Positions 28,914 through 38,881 are shown, numbered from the stretch's first letter. The stretch: DNA of 45,398 nucleotides from a bacterium (GCA_027004185.1 JALTIG010000286.1:1-45398), one strand, 5' to 3'. The notes: generated by a model not told the origin, from the sequence alone. Made by a program: numbers and translations.

Positions 28914-29798
28914 ATGAAAATGATCACCCGACATGTCGGATTCATTCCGGGCCCTGTTAATGTAGGGGTAATCCGTACGGATAAACAGGCAATCTTGGTC
29001 GATACAGGGTTGGATGATCAATCCGCAAAAAAAATCATTGCTGCCATGAACGAGGCCAAACTTGAAATCATCGGCATCCTGAATACCCATGCCCACGCCG
29101 ATCACTATGGGGGAAATGCCAGGATAAGAAACTCCTTCAAATCTATGCAATTCATTTATGCCCCAGCCATTGAAGAGGCCGTGATACGCCATCCAATTCT
29201 GGAACCGGTTTATCTCTTCGGCGCCAACCCCATCGCTCAACTAAGGGGAAAGTTCCTAATGGGGAAATCATCCCCTGCCGAACCCCTTCCATCCCCATCC
29301 CTTCCCTTTGATGATCTGTCCATTCAAGCGATTTCTCTTCCAGGGCATTCCATCAATCAGGTTGGATATGTGTGCGAAAATGTCTTTTTCTGCGCGGATG
29401 CCATCTTCCCTGAGGGGATCATTGAAAAATACGGGCTGCTATACTGTTTCGATGTGGCATCTCAGCTAAACACCCTGCGATCCCTTAAAAACCCCCTCCC
29501 TTACAAAATGATAGTCCCCAGCCATGCCCACCCGAGACAGAACATCTCTTCCCTTGTAGAAAAAAACATCTCTCACATGGAGGAGATCACATCAGCCATA
29601 CTGGATCTCATAAGTGTCCCAAAGACATCGGAAGCAATAACGAAACTCCTCTGTATCCATCAAAAGATCCCCATGAAATCGATCTGGCAATACTACTTGC
29701 ACCTCAACACGGTCAAGGCATACCTTGCAGCCCTTTTGAAAGAAGAAAAAGTCTCCGCCTTTGTAGAAAACGCATCCCTCGTTTGGGTCCGGAAATAG
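28914..29798 (+). CDS. MBL-fold metallo-hydrolase
   Basis: LVDTG, THAHADHYGG (HxHxDH), LPGHS, FCADA, VPSH. Confidence 0.88.
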   Translation: MKMITRHVGFIPGPVNVGVIRTDKQAILVDTGLDDQSAKKIIAAMNEAKLEIIGILNTHAHADHYGGNARIRNSFKSMQFIYAPAIEEAVIRHPILEPVYLFGANPIAQLRGKFLMGKSSPAEPLPSPSLPFDDLSIQAISLPGHSINQVGYVCENVFFCADAIFPEGIIEKYGLLYCFDVASQLNTLRSLKNPLPYKMIVPSHAHPRQNISSLVEKNISHMEEITSAILDLISVPKTSEAITKLLCIHQKIPMKSIWQYYLHLNTVKAYLAALLKEEKVSAFVENASLVWVRK

Positions 29799-29835
29799 GT
29801 GATTAAAAAGCGGTAAATTTGTAAAATCACCAGTC

Positions 29836-29863
29836 AAAAAGGTTCCCGCGGCATGCAAGAACC
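29836..29863 (-). terminator. Rho-independent terminator after the tRNA operon
   Basis: Minus strand GGTTCTTGC-ATGCC-GCGGGAACC-TTTTT: a 9-bp stem with two G-U pairs and a U tract, just 3' of tRNA-Ala. Confidence 0.7.
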
Positions 29864-29871
29864 CATATTTT

Positions 29872-29947
29872 TGGTGGAGCTGAGGAGATTTGAACTCCCG
29901 ACCCCTTGTCTGCCAGACAAGTGCTCTCCCAACTGAGCTACAGCCCC
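29872..29947 (-). tRNA. tRNA-Ala(GGC)
   Basis: GGGGCTGTAGCTCAGTTGGGAGAGCACTTGT-CTGGCAG-ACAAG...TTCAAAT...CAGCTCCACCA; G3-U70 identity pair. Confidence 0.96.
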
Positions 29948-29996
29948 TTTCTGTATAACCCTCGCTTCAAGATCTAAAGATTGAGGGCTTTACACT

Positions 29997-30072
29997 TGGC
30001 AGTCCCAAGGGGAATCGAACCCCTGTCTTCGCCGTGAGAGGGCGATATCCTGAACCGCTAGACGATGGGACC
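29997..30072 (-). tRNA. tRNA-Glu(CTC)
   Basis: GGTCCCATCGTCTAGCGGTTCAGGATATCGCC-CTCTCAC-GGCGA...GTTCGATTCCCCTTGGGACTGCCA. Confidence 0.96.
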
Positions 30073-30075
30073 TTC

Positions 30076-30149
30076 TGGCTGGGGGACGAGGATTCGAACC
30101 TCGGTTAACGGGGCCAGAACCCGTCGTCCTGCCACTAGACGATCCCCCA
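30076..30149 (-). tRNA. tRNA-Gln(CTG)
   Basis: TGGGGGATCGTCTAGTGGCAGGACGACGGG-TTCTGGC-CCCGT...GTTCGAATCCTCGTCCCCCAGCCA. Confidence 0.96.
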
Positions 30150-30209
30150 GCAACATTAATTATGTCATATAACTGATTTTACCACGTCCGTCAACCCCTT
30201 TCGGGCATA

Positions 30210-30908
30210 TCAAGGAGGATCATTCCCCCCCTTACGCGCAGCCACAAAGATATCCACACCACTAAAGAAAATTCCCCGTGTCACATGGATATCCACCTTC
30301 CGGAGAAATCTACCTATTATCCCCTGCATCGTCGTATCAAGGTCATCCCCTAGTTCCATTATTTCAAAACCCCTTTCAAGCACCAGTTGTTCCAAAAGCC
30401 TGAGGGGATAAAGTCTTTCATGTGTCAAATCCAACCAGAAAATGTTTGTCACAACCCTGATGTTTCGTGGGTTCAGAGTAATCAAGACAAGCACCCCCTC
30501 CGGCGTTAAGGCCTGATGGCACAAATCAAGCAGATCCATGGCTTCGCGAGAACGCATATGCTCAATTACCTGGCTGCAAAATATCCCATGATAAACCTCC
30601 GTTCTACCCTTTAAAAATTCAAAGATATCGTCATGTATAACATCCAAAGCCTTCCCCCTGCAAATTTCCACCATGTTCTCGTCAGAATCCACCCCCATGG
30701 CGGATATCTTATTCTCCCTCAATAGTTCTAAAAATTCTCCTCTCCCACAACCGATATCCAAGACACGCCGACAGGAGGTAAAGTACCTAATATACTTCTT
30801 CAATCGTGCCTTTATGTCCGCTTCGGGCCCCCTAAATTCACCATAAACGTGTGGCAGATTTTCCCTCATGGATTCGTCCTTTCCCATATCATACTCACCT
30901 CCCATCAT
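30210..30908 (-). CDS. Class I SAM-dependent methyltransferase of the type found in surface-polysaccharide loci
   Basis: FRG, VLDIGCGRGEFL (motif I), SQVIEH, FWLDLTH; coupled to the flippase by a 4-bp overlap. Confidence 0.85.
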   Translation of the reverse strand: MMGGEYDMGKDESMRENLPHVYGEFRGPEADIKARLKKYIRYFTSCRRVLDIGCGRGEFLELLRENKISAMGVDSDENMVEICRGKALDVIHDDIFEFLKGRTEVYHGIFCSQVIEHMRSREAMDLLDLCHQALTPEGVLVLITLNPRNIRVVTNIFWLDLTHERLYPLRLLEQLVLERGFEIMELGDDLDTTMQGIIGRFLRKVDIHVTRGIFFSGVDIFVAARKGGNDPP

Positions 30909-32374
30909 GAAGCCGCATCATTATTCCGACCAAATAACGCCCGCTTTAAAACCCTGATATCATCTTTCGAGATGACTCGAAATGCCAACAACAGAAATAG
31001 ATAGATAAAAATCCCTGCAATCCCTACCACAATCCAATCAAACCAGTGCATTAGAATAAGGAGAAAAAAAGCTGTAACCGTGCCGCAGCAAATAGGTTTG
31101 AGAATATTCCTTGAAACAGAAATCCTTGCAATGTGCCTTGAGATGTACCTTCCCATCAGGGCAAACCCTAGGACCTCCGTTAAAACCGTCGCTACTGAAG
31201 CACCTATAAAACTGAACCGAGGGATAAGGGCCAGGTTCAAGATAATGTTTAATCCCGCGTTTGCACCTGCAACCAGGGTAACTATCCGTTGCTTATCAAC
31301 AGCCGCAAGCAAGTTACCAAAAAGATAGGTCATGAAAATGACAGGAATGACCCAGATTAGTATCCGTAACGCATTGATGGATGGTAAATAGCTATTTCCA
31401 TAAAGGGTGACAATAATTCTATTCGCGAATAGAAACCCAAAAACAAAGATGTAGATCGCTGCCGCAAACAGGTACCTCAATGTAAATTCGTACTCCATAC
31501 TTAAAGCATCTTTCGCGGATCTAAAATGTCTTGACATAACAGGAAAGATTGACGCGGTAAACACCAGGGGAATCAACATCAAGCCAAAAATCAACCGATA
31601 AGCCGCATTATACCAACCTACGACCTCGTTTCCCTTCATAACCGATAACATCACAGAATCAATCCAAAAATAAATGGTTACAAATATAGTTGATAATCCG
31701 AAAGGTAAGGCCTCCCGTAGTATCTGTTTCCACCGCTGCCAGTTTACAGTCCGCTTCCAACGAACTACAACCTGATTTAGCCCTAAAAAATTAGATTTTA
31801 AAATAAGAATGCTTATCCCCAAAACGATCATACTGGAAAAAAGAAAAAGCGACGCGAAACCAATGAGATGAAACCTTTCGTGGATTGCCAAAACAACCCC
31901 AGAGAATATTAACATGCCTTTCAGCGTCTCAAGAAACGATACATATTCCATTCTCTCAAACGCCTGAAAAATAGCTCCAGACACACTGGTAAAGGTATCA
32001 AAAATCACTGAAATAGCTATCAGGTATACCACCCAGGCGGTTTCCATGGGATAGTTCTGAAGATGGACAATCAAGATAATCGCCCCAAAAGTTAAGGTAA
32101 CAAGTATCCCCTTTATTACAAATACATTCGAGACATAAATCCCAGACAAGGATCTGTTCCTTGCCACCTCACGGATCGTCAACTGTACAAGGCCCAAATC
32201 TGTCAAGATGCCAAGAATCCCCGTCAATGCTAGGGCAAAAGATAAAATACCAAACCCCAGCGCTCCGAGATAACGCGCGGTATACATGATGTAAAAAAAG
32301 GCCAGCAGTCTGCTTGCTAATTTAGAAAGCAGCAACACCCCGGCATTCTTTGCTATTCTTTGGACGCTATTCAT
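30905..32374 (-). CDS. wzx: Wzx-type polysaccharide flippase
   Basis: RIAKN..ARYLGALGFG, DLGL...IREVAR, FQAFERM, IDSVML...VGWYNAAYRL, LNLALIPRFSFIGASVAT; many TM segments. Confidence 0.9.
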   Translation of the reverse strand: MNSVQRIAKNAGVLLLSKLASRLLAFFYIMYTARYLGALGFGILSFALALTGILGILTDLGLVQLTIREVARNRSLSGIYVSNVFVIKGILVTLTFGAIILIVHLQNYPMETAWVVYLIAISVIFDTFTSVSGAIFQAFERMEYVSFLETLKGMLIFSGVVLAIHERFHLIGFASLFLFSSMIVLGISILILKSNFLGLNQVVVRWKRTVNWQRWKQILREALPFGLSTIFVTIYFWIDSVMLSVMKGNEVVGWYNAAYRLIFGLMLIPLVFTASIFPVMSRHFRSAKDALSMEYEFTLRYLFAAAIYIFVFGFLFANRIIVTLYGNSYLPSINALRILIWVIPVIFMTYLFGNLLAAVDKQRIVTLVAGANAGLNIILNLALIPRFSFIGASVATVLTEVLGFALMGRYISRHIARISVSRNILKPICCGTVTAFFLLILMHWFDWIVVGIAGIFIYLFLLLAFRVISKDDIRVLKRALFGRNNDAAS

Positions 32375-32640
32375 CCCTTTTAACGGGCAGGAATTAGATT
32401 CCTATGTTAAGTTTTAAATTTCGCCATTGGGTGAAAGAAATCCCCACAAGCTGTTCCAACGCGTAGTATGAAGCCAGCCACTATCCTTCTCTTACACCTA
32501 TTCCTTTAATGCATTTAACCTAAATATGTCCAATCACACGGCAAGTGGAACCTTAAAAAGGCATAAATGAATAATACATATCATTTCCGCAAACCATACA
32601 GACCTGGATAGTGGAAAAAATTAGCAGAGGAAAATGTATC

Positions 32641-33156
32641 TCAAAGGGCTGTGGTCACCATCAATCTGTTAACCTCAATTCGAAAACCCGTCAGCCCGTT
32701 GATAAGTAGGGCGACACGTTCACCATCGTTCAAGGATTCGAGAAACACCCCCTCAAATCCGGCAAAGGGCCCCTCAGATATCATTACCTTTTCCCCCTCC
32801 AGAAGTGGCCTGGAAAACATTCTAACCGTACCATCCTCACGCATTCTCTCATACAACTCCTCAATAATCGGTTCGGGAACAGGAGCGGGCCGGTTTCCAG
32901 ACTTGACAAAACTGGCTACCCCCCGGGTATACCGGAGCGTATGATAGTCCTTCTTCAACACCGCCTGAACGAAGATATAACCAGGGAAAAGGGGCCTTTT
33001 TTCTCTTTTGCGACCGAGTCGAGTTACCTTCCAGTATGTCGGAAAAAGACACGAGTAACAGGCGGTCTTCAATTGGTCAAAGACCCTTCCCTCATCTCTC
33101 GGCTTTGTCTTAAGCAGATACCAACTAAGTTGCTCATAGCGACTGAATGATTCCAT
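32641..33156 (-). CDS. RfaH/UpxY-type specialised NusG paralog (antiterminator)
   Basis: WYLLKTKPRDE, PLFPGYIFV, YTRGVASFV NGN domain; KOW motif GEKVMISEGPFAGFEGVF; upstream of wzx. Confidence 0.88.
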   Translation of the reverse strand: MESFSRYEQLSWYLLKTKPRDEGRVFDQLKTACYSCLFPTYWKVTRLGRKREKRPLFPGYIFVQAVLKKDYHTLRYTRGVASFVKSGNRPAPVPEPIIEELYERMREDGTVRMFSRPLLEGEKVMISEGPFAGFEGVFLESLNDGERVALLINGLTGFRIEVNRLMVTTAL

Positions 33157-33405
33157 CTTACACCCTCAAGCGAATTCAGGATTCACAAAAAGAGATGTAT
33201 CCCTCAAAAATGCATATCCCTCGCCGGCAAACACCTTCATTTTCCCTTCGTGGAGAATCCACACTAATCTCCCTCTAAAACCTCTCCCCCCCTTATCATG
33301 GTCCGTGTTACAAACCCTCGAAATCCCGATCTAAAACCTTTTATAGAACACCTGTAGCAGCTCAAAGATTCCTGTACGAAATCAGTCACACCCTATCTCT
33401 TCCTG

Positions 33406-33600
33406 TCAAATCTTTGCAAGGTAATATGTAAAAGAACGGTGTTTTGGCATGCACTTAATCTTATTACATCTTCTCCTGAGCAGCTGTTTTGTAAATGAAA
33501 TAACAAGATTCAAAGCCACCCCAAGCCGATGCACTATCTCTTGGGGAATGGTTAATCTGTTCTTTTTTACCAACTTAAGACTCTTCGTATACCTTTGCAT
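33406..33600 (-). CDS. Possible AbrB/MazE/SpoVT-like small DNA-binding protein or remnant
   Basis: LKLVKKNRLTIPQEIVHRLGV resembles the swapped-hairpin motif (K.gqiTIPkeiRe.LGi); TTGACA-17-TATACA promoter at 33668-33640; C-terminal half unrecognisable. Confidence 0.35.
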   Translation of the reverse strand: MQRYTKSLKLVKKNRLTIPQEIVHRLGVALNLVISFTKQLLRRRCNKIKCMPKHRSFTYYLAKI

Positions 33601-33904
33601 GTCTTCTTTTACAAACAACTTTATCTTCTTCTCATACTATGTATACAAAAAAGATGCATGCATGTCAAGATAATTTTCATATTTATACGTTTGTTAATCA
33701 ATTTGCAAAATTAAAAAACTCCATTGATAACAAGATCGTACACATATCTTAATAGGCTGTACCCCTGATCCAGATTTATCAGTTACTACAAAATGATTTA
33801 TAAAAAAATTCTATAAAAGATGTAATTTTGTACACCAGTACCCATATTTCATTATATTTATAAACACATTTTTAAAATGGGAGAAACCTTCCTTTTGATC
33901 CTGT

Positions 33905-34768
33905 CTAAACCCTGCCAAGAACCGGAAAGGGATCCACAATAACCTTCTCCAAGCCGACATCCTGCATTGTAGCGCCAAAGGCAAGTCCCATTAGCTGGCT
34001 AAAATAAAGGATTGGCATGTCGTAAAAGGTCCCAAACTTGTTTCCTATATCTTTCTGACGAAGGTCAAGGTTCGATTGGCAGAGGGGACATGCCACTGCC
34101 ACACAGTCAGCCCCGGCATCTTTTGCCCCCTCTAAAATCTTATTTGTAAGGTAAAGTGCAGCATCAGTCTCCACCAGGCTCATACTCACACCGCAACAGT
34201 CGGTCTTGAAGGACCAATCGACTGTTTCCGCTCCTACAGCACGCATCAAGTCATCCATACTGTGAGGATTTTCCACATCGTCAAATTGGGCTATATGGGG
34301 AGGGCGTGTCAAGAGACACCCGTAATAACAGGCAACTCTCAACCCCTTAAGGGGTTCAACTACTGCTTCCTTTATCTTGTCTATTCCCACGTCATTCAGA
34401 AAAACATCCAGAATATTTCTGACGCGCACACTTCCATGGTATGGCGCTTCCAAAACCTTCTCAACATCTCTCTTCAGCTCCTCATCTTTGTCCATTTCCA
34501 TACTGGCTACCTTTAAACGGGTCAAACAAGAGACACAGGGGGCGATGACCTGGTGAAGCCCCATCGCCTCTGTTTGAATCAGTGCCTTGGCAGGAAGCGC
34601 AATGGACAATAGGTGAGACGTGGCGTGTGCGGAAGACGCTCCACAACATATCCAGTCTGGAATTTCCATAAGCTCCACCCCTGTAAACTGGCAGCAGGCA
34701 CGAATAGATAGATCATATTCCTTTGCAGAAGACTCTAATGAACAACCAGGATAATAGGCGTATCTCAT
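33905..34768 (-). CDS. hdrB: Heterodisulfide reductase subunit B (copy 2)
   Basis: Two CCG domains: YPGCSL...WICCGA...PCVSC and YYGCLL...DCCG...ACPLCQ. Confidence 0.93.
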   Translation of the reverse strand: MRYAYYPGCSLESSAKEYDLSIRACCQFTGVELMEIPDWICCGASSAHATSHLLSIALPAKALIQTEAMGLHQVIAPCVSCLTRLKVASMEMDKDEELKRDVEKVLEAPYHGSVRVRNILDVFLNDVGIDKIKEAVVEPLKGLRVACYYGCLLTRPPHIAQFDDVENPHSMDDLMRAVGAETVDWSFKTDCCGVSMSLVETDAALYLTNKILEGAKDAGADCVAVACPLCQSNLDLRQKDIGNKFGTFYDMPILYFSQLMGLAFGATMQDVGLEKVIVDPFPVLGRV

Positions 34769-35328
34769 GTGCGTGACTCCTCAAGTTTCTTTACATTCTC
34801 AAAAAGTTTCTTCACGGAATTTAGATCCTTCACCCTATCAGGTAACAACTTCAATTTCCCCTTAGAAAGCATGACAGGTCCCAAGTCCGCATCTTTCAAG
34901 GGATTACTCAAGGCAAAATTCAGATCCATGGCAAAGCCAATTTCATAAAGACGCCCATAGGTTTCTACGGAACGGAGAAAAACCTCGTGAAATGCCTTAA
35001 TGGATTCAAGCGGGATATGATATCCTTCTTTGAAAGCCATTTCACGCAACGCATCCATCACCTCAACAATCTCAATCCCCTGAGGGCAACGCGTTGCACA
35101 CGTCTCACAAGAGACACACCACCACATGGTGTCCGCCGATAAAACCTCATCACGTAGCCCCAGTTGGACGGTCCGCATCATCTCACTGACTTTCATCTCC
35201 ATCCTGAAAGCCATGGGACACCCCATGGTACACTTTCTGCATTGATAACAGGTCAAGAGATCCTGCCCACACAACTCCTTGAGCTCTTTTGAAAAAGACG
35301 TCGTATCACTCTTTATCACAACTTTCAT
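34765..35328 (-). CDS. hdrC: Heterodisulfide reductase subunit C (copy 2)
   Basis: CYQCRKCTMGCP and WWCVSCETCATRCPQ; coupled to hdrB. Confidence 0.92.
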   Translation of the reverse strand: MKVVIKSDTTSFSKELKELCGQDLLTCYQCRKCTMGCPMAFRMEMKVSEMMRTVQLGLRDEVLSADTMWWCVSCETCATRCPQGIEIVEVMDALREMAFKEGYHIPLESIKAFHEVFLRSVETYGRLYEIGFAMDLNFALSNPLKDADLGPVMLSKGKLKLLPDRVKDLNSVKKLFENVKKLEESRT

Positions 35329-35361
35329 AACGTTCCATTTCCTCCCCGCTGATTCAGTAAT

Positions 35362-36855
35362 CTAATTCTCCAAGATAAAGGGAAGTTTCACAGTAAAATG
35401 CGTCCCCTGATTTTCAACACTCTTAACATCAATCGTCCCTAAATGGGCATCCACCACTTGCTTCACAATCGAAAGACCAAGCCCAGTTCCCACGATCTGG
35501 CGTGTTTTTTCTGTCTTAACCCTGTAAAACCGCTCAAAAATTCTTGGAAGATCCTTTTCTGAAATCCCGATCCCTGTATCTTCCACATCAATCCGTATAT
35601 AATCTCCTTCCTTCATTCCAGTGACCTTCACCATCCCCCCCTCTGGAGTATACTTAATAGCATTACTAATCAAATTGGTAAAGACACCTTCCATATTTGC
35701 TGCATCCGCATTAACGGACGGAAGCCCATTCTCTATTTCAAATTCCAGCGTCAGGCCCTTTTGCTCCGCCTGGGGGCGCATCAAATCCACCACTTTCGTG
35801 AGCAAACCCCCTATGTCCACAGGCTCCATATATTGCACTTGCATGCCTGCCTCTATCTTGGAAAGATCAAGCAGATCCTTCACCAAATCCAATAAGCCCT
35901 TGGCCCGTTCCTTGGCCCGCCTCAGCATGCGCGCCTGCCGCTCGTTGATCTCCCCTGCAAGTCCCTTGAGAATCACTGTTAGCTGCTGCTCGATCGCCGC
36001 TACTGGCGCCCTCAGCTCATGCGTAACCATAGCAACAAAATCCGCCTTCATTCTCTCAAGTTCCTTCAATTGGGTAATATCCTGAAGGACCATAACGCCT
36101 CCTAGCAGATCTCCCTTTTCATCTCGGACGGGAACAGCATGGCAACGAAGAAAGACCCCCTTCTCACCAGACCTTACCTGGATCTCACGGCTCACTCCAG
36201 AAAGGCTTTCTACTTCCCTTTCAAGAACATCCATGATGATTTCAGAAAGGGCTTCCACCTCAATCTCGTCCACAGGTTTCCCGATCACGTCCTCCGCGGC
36301 CACAGAAAGGAAACGTGTGGCCGCAGGGTTTAACAGGGCAACAGATCTGTCTTTATCCACCACAAGTACCCCATCCGTCATGCTGTTAATAATCGTATGG
36401 GTCTTGCTTTTCTCCTTCGCCACATCCTTCAAGCTCTTTTCGGCCTCTTCCCTTAACCGCTTGGTTTCCTCTTCAAGGGCCTTCTTCTCAAGAGCCCGAT
36501 GGACAACAATCCTAAGTTGGTCTGGGGTAAACGGCTTTGGAATAAAATCATAAGCCCCTTTTTTCATTGCCTCCACCGCTGTATCTACTGTAGCATACCC
36601 CGTCACCACGATGACGAGCAACGAAGGCGCTATCTCCCTGACATGTTCCAACACCTCCATACCGCTCATCCCCGGCATCATCAAATCAAGGAGCATCACG
36701 TCAAACGTGTTCGGTGATTCCCTGACCAGGTCAAGCCCAGTCTCCCCATTTTCCGCAGTGACAACCTCTATATCTTCCTTGGTCAGTATCCGGCTACTGC
36801 CATCACGCATAATGGCTTCATCGTCTATGACGATGATTTTTGGTTTACGATTCAC
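35362..36855 (-). CDS. Cytoplasmic hybrid sensor histidine kinase (REC-PAS-HisKA-HATPase)
   Basis: REC domain IDDE..LDLMMPG..GAYDFIPKPF, PAS INSMTDGVLVVD, H-box VTHELRAP, NLISNAIKY, DTGIG, GTGLGL; no TM segments. Confidence 0.93.
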   Translation of the reverse strand: MNRKPKIIVIDDEAIMRDGSSRILTKEDIEVVTAENGETGLDLVRESPNTFDVMLLDLMMPGMSGMEVLEHVREIAPSLLVIVVTGYATVDTAVEAMKKGAYDFIPKPFTPDQLRIVVHRALEKKALEEETKRLREEAEKSLKDVAKEKSKTHTIINSMTDGVLVVDKDRSVALLNPAATRFLSVAAEDVIGKPVDEIEVEALSEIIMDVLEREVESLSGVSREIQVRSGEKGVFLRCHAVPVRDEKGDLLGGVMVLQDITQLKELERMKADFVAMVTHELRAPVAAIEQQLTVILKGLAGEINERQARMLRRAKERAKGLLDLVKDLLDLSKIEAGMQVQYMEPVDIGGLLTKVVDLMRPQAEQKGLTLEFEIENGLPSVNADAANMEGVFTNLISNAIKYTPEGGMVKVTGMKEGDYIRIDVEDTGIGISEKDLPRIFERFYRVKTEKTRQIVGTGLGLSIVKQVVDAHLGTIDVKSVENQGTHFTVKLPFILEN

Positions 36856-36885
36856 ACTTTCTCCCAGTGTATAGAAACCATCTCC

Positions 36886-37266
36886 CTACTTTGCAAGAAG
36901 CATTTCTATCCTATTGACCAGTTCTTCAGGTTCCACAGGTTTGTCCATATAATCTTCTGCTTCGGTTTCAAGTCCCATCTGTGGGGTATATTTCGTTGAT
37001 GTAATGTGAGAAACCACAGCGGTAAGAAGTAGGATCGGGATGTTTTTGAGCTCTGAATCCGCTTTGAGTTCCTTAGCAACCGCATAGCCATCTTTATCCG
37101 GCATCATAACATCCAAAACGATTAGATCTGGATTCTCGGTTCTAGCCTTCTCCAACCCTTCAATCCCTCCATAAGCAGCCGCGACGTCATACCCCTTGCT
37201 TTCCAGGATCATCGTCACCGCTTCAACGAGATCAGGATCATCATCAACAATCAATATCTTTGCCAT
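36886..37266 (-). CDS. Single-domain response regulator (REC)
   Basis: ILIVDDDPD, LDVMMP, LLTA, KPV; AAGGAGG RBS. Confidence 0.93.
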   Translation of the reverse strand: MAKILIVDDDPDLVEAVTMILESKGYDVAAAYGGIEGLEKARTENPDLIVLDVMMPDKDGYAVAKELKADSELKNIPILLLTAVVSHITSTKYTPQMGLETEAEDYMDKPVEPEELVNRIEMLLAK

Positions 37267-37292
37267 TGGTATCCTCCTTTTAATTTCCTATT

Positions 37293-38216
37293 TTATACTT
37301 GTGGACGGGGATATAAACCAGCTCCTTTGATAATCTCAGGCACCTTTTCCTCCCATTCTATGGCCATGATGTGTACCCCCCTGACCCCTTCTATTTCTTT
37401 CAGCCTTTGTATTGTCTCAATACAAATCTTAATCCCCTCTTCAGCCCGCTTCTCTTTGGGAACTCCCTTCAGCCGGTCAATAATCTCGTCGGGGACATCC
37501 ATCCCAGGAACCATATTTTTCATATACTTGGCCATTCCCACCGATTTCATGGGGGTCACGCCCCCAAGGATATAAACCTTCTCATGAAGCCCCCGATCCC
37601 GAACCCCCTTCATCCATTCTTCAAACTTGTCCACGTTGTAGATACATTGGGTTTGAATAAAATCCACCCCCGCGTTGACTTTCTTCGCCAAACGAGGAAC
37701 CCGTATTTCAAACGGATCCGCGAAGGGATTACAGGCCGCCCCGATAAAAAGCTTCGGTACCCCTTTAATCTCTTCCCCTTCAATGAATTTTCCTTCATCC
37801 CGCATAGCCTTTACTGAATGTATCAATTGGATGGAATCCATGTCATAGACATTTTTTGCTTTTGGGTGGTCACCAAATACCTGATGATCCCCGGATAAGC
37901 AAAGGATATTGTTGATACCGAGAGCAGCTGCCCCTAAGATGTCACTTTGTATGGCAATCCGGTTCCGATCCCGCGTCACCATCTGCAAAACAGGATCGAG
38001 ACCCATCCCCTTTAGGATGAAGCAGGAAGCGGCACTCGACATCCTAACCACGGAGGTTTGATTATCCGTGACATTAACCGCATCCACTACATCCCTCAAA
38101 AGCTCACCTTTCTTTCGGATTACCTCCGCATCCGCACCTCTTGGAGGTCCACATTCCGAAGTAACCGCAAATTCACCTTTTTCAAGAACTTTCTCAAGGC
38201 GGCTGGACGATTTCAT
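37293..38216 (-). CDS. metF: Methylenetetrahydrofolate reductase catalytic subunit
   Basis: ECGPPRG, NVTDN, RDRNRIAIQSD, LSGDH, GVDFIQTQ, GVHIMA. Confidence 0.93.
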   Translation of the reverse strand: MKSSSRLEKVLEKGEFAVTSECGPPRGADAEVIRKKGELLRDVVDAVNVTDNQTSVVRMSSAASCFILKGMGLDPVLQMVTRDRNRIAIQSDILGAAALGINNILCLSGDHQVFGDHPKAKNVYDMDSIQLIHSVKAMRDEGKFIEGEEIKGVPKLFIGAACNPFADPFEIRVPRLAKKVNAGVDFIQTQCIYNVDKFEEWMKGVRDRGLHEKVYILGGVTPMKSVGMAKYMKNMVPGMDVPDEIIDRLKGVPKEKRAEEGIKICIETIQRLKEIEGVRGVHIMAIEWEEKVPEIIKGAGLYPRPQV

Positions 38217-38881
38217 AATCTTAAATCCTCCCTCACGACCTTTCTCGGTCCCCCATCACGGCTGGTGGACCAATCCTTGATGGGAATGTATTCCTCAAAC
38301 CTCTCAAGTTGCCCCAATGACTTTAGTCTATCTATGATGAGCTGCCATCCACAATCAATCTCCTTATTGACCTCACACTTTCCGTTGGACGATCCCCCGC
38401 AGGGTCCATTCAAAAGGCTCTTGGAACATCGAGTAACGGGACATATCCCACCCGTCAAATGGAGGATACAATCCCCACAGGCCTGGCAGCGCTCCGTCCA
38501 AAGTCCCTGTTCCTCTGTAACCCCGATAAACGTGGTATTAATAGCGGGAAAAACGGGAGTTTCCGGGTAAGCTTCGGCCACAAATTGAACTCCTGCTCCG
38601 CAAGCCATGGACAGAATAGCCTCATAATTGGGAACCATGGACCGAATCTGCTCAATATACTCATGATCACACTGGCGCTCCAGGGTAAACTCCAAAATAT
38701 CAATGGCACGGCCCTTTTGTTTGCGTAAGAGCCGTAGCTCCGAGGCCAAAATGCCTACCTCCTTTTCACCCCCGACAGAGCACACAGTCACACATTCCCT
38801 GCATCCCAAGACGATGATCTTTTCGAAAGGATCGATCATGGCCTCGATCTCCTCCATTGGTTTCCTCTCACCTACAATCAT
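38213..38881 (-). CDS. metV: MetV, the Fe-S/Zn partner of MetF
   Basis: GCRECVTVC, RQC, ACGAG, ERCQACGDC..TGGICPVTRCSKSLLNGPCGG..GKCEV...CGW; coupled to metF. Confidence 0.9.
   Translation of the reverse strand: MIVGERKPMEEIEAMIDPFEKIIVLGCRECVTVCSVGGEKEVGILASELRLLRKQKGRAIDILEFTLERQCDHEYIEQIRSMVPNYEAILSMACGAGVQFVAEAYPETPVFPAINTTFIGVTEEQGLWTERCQACGDCILHLTGGICPVTRCSKSLLNGPCGGSSNGKCEVNKEIDCGWQLIIDRLKSLGQLERFEEYIPIKDWSTSRDGGPRKVVREDLRL

Noticed and set aside
32375-33400. Canonical ops/JUMPstart element for the RfaH-like protein
   Set aside because: No GGCGGTAG-type sequence was found on the coding strand.
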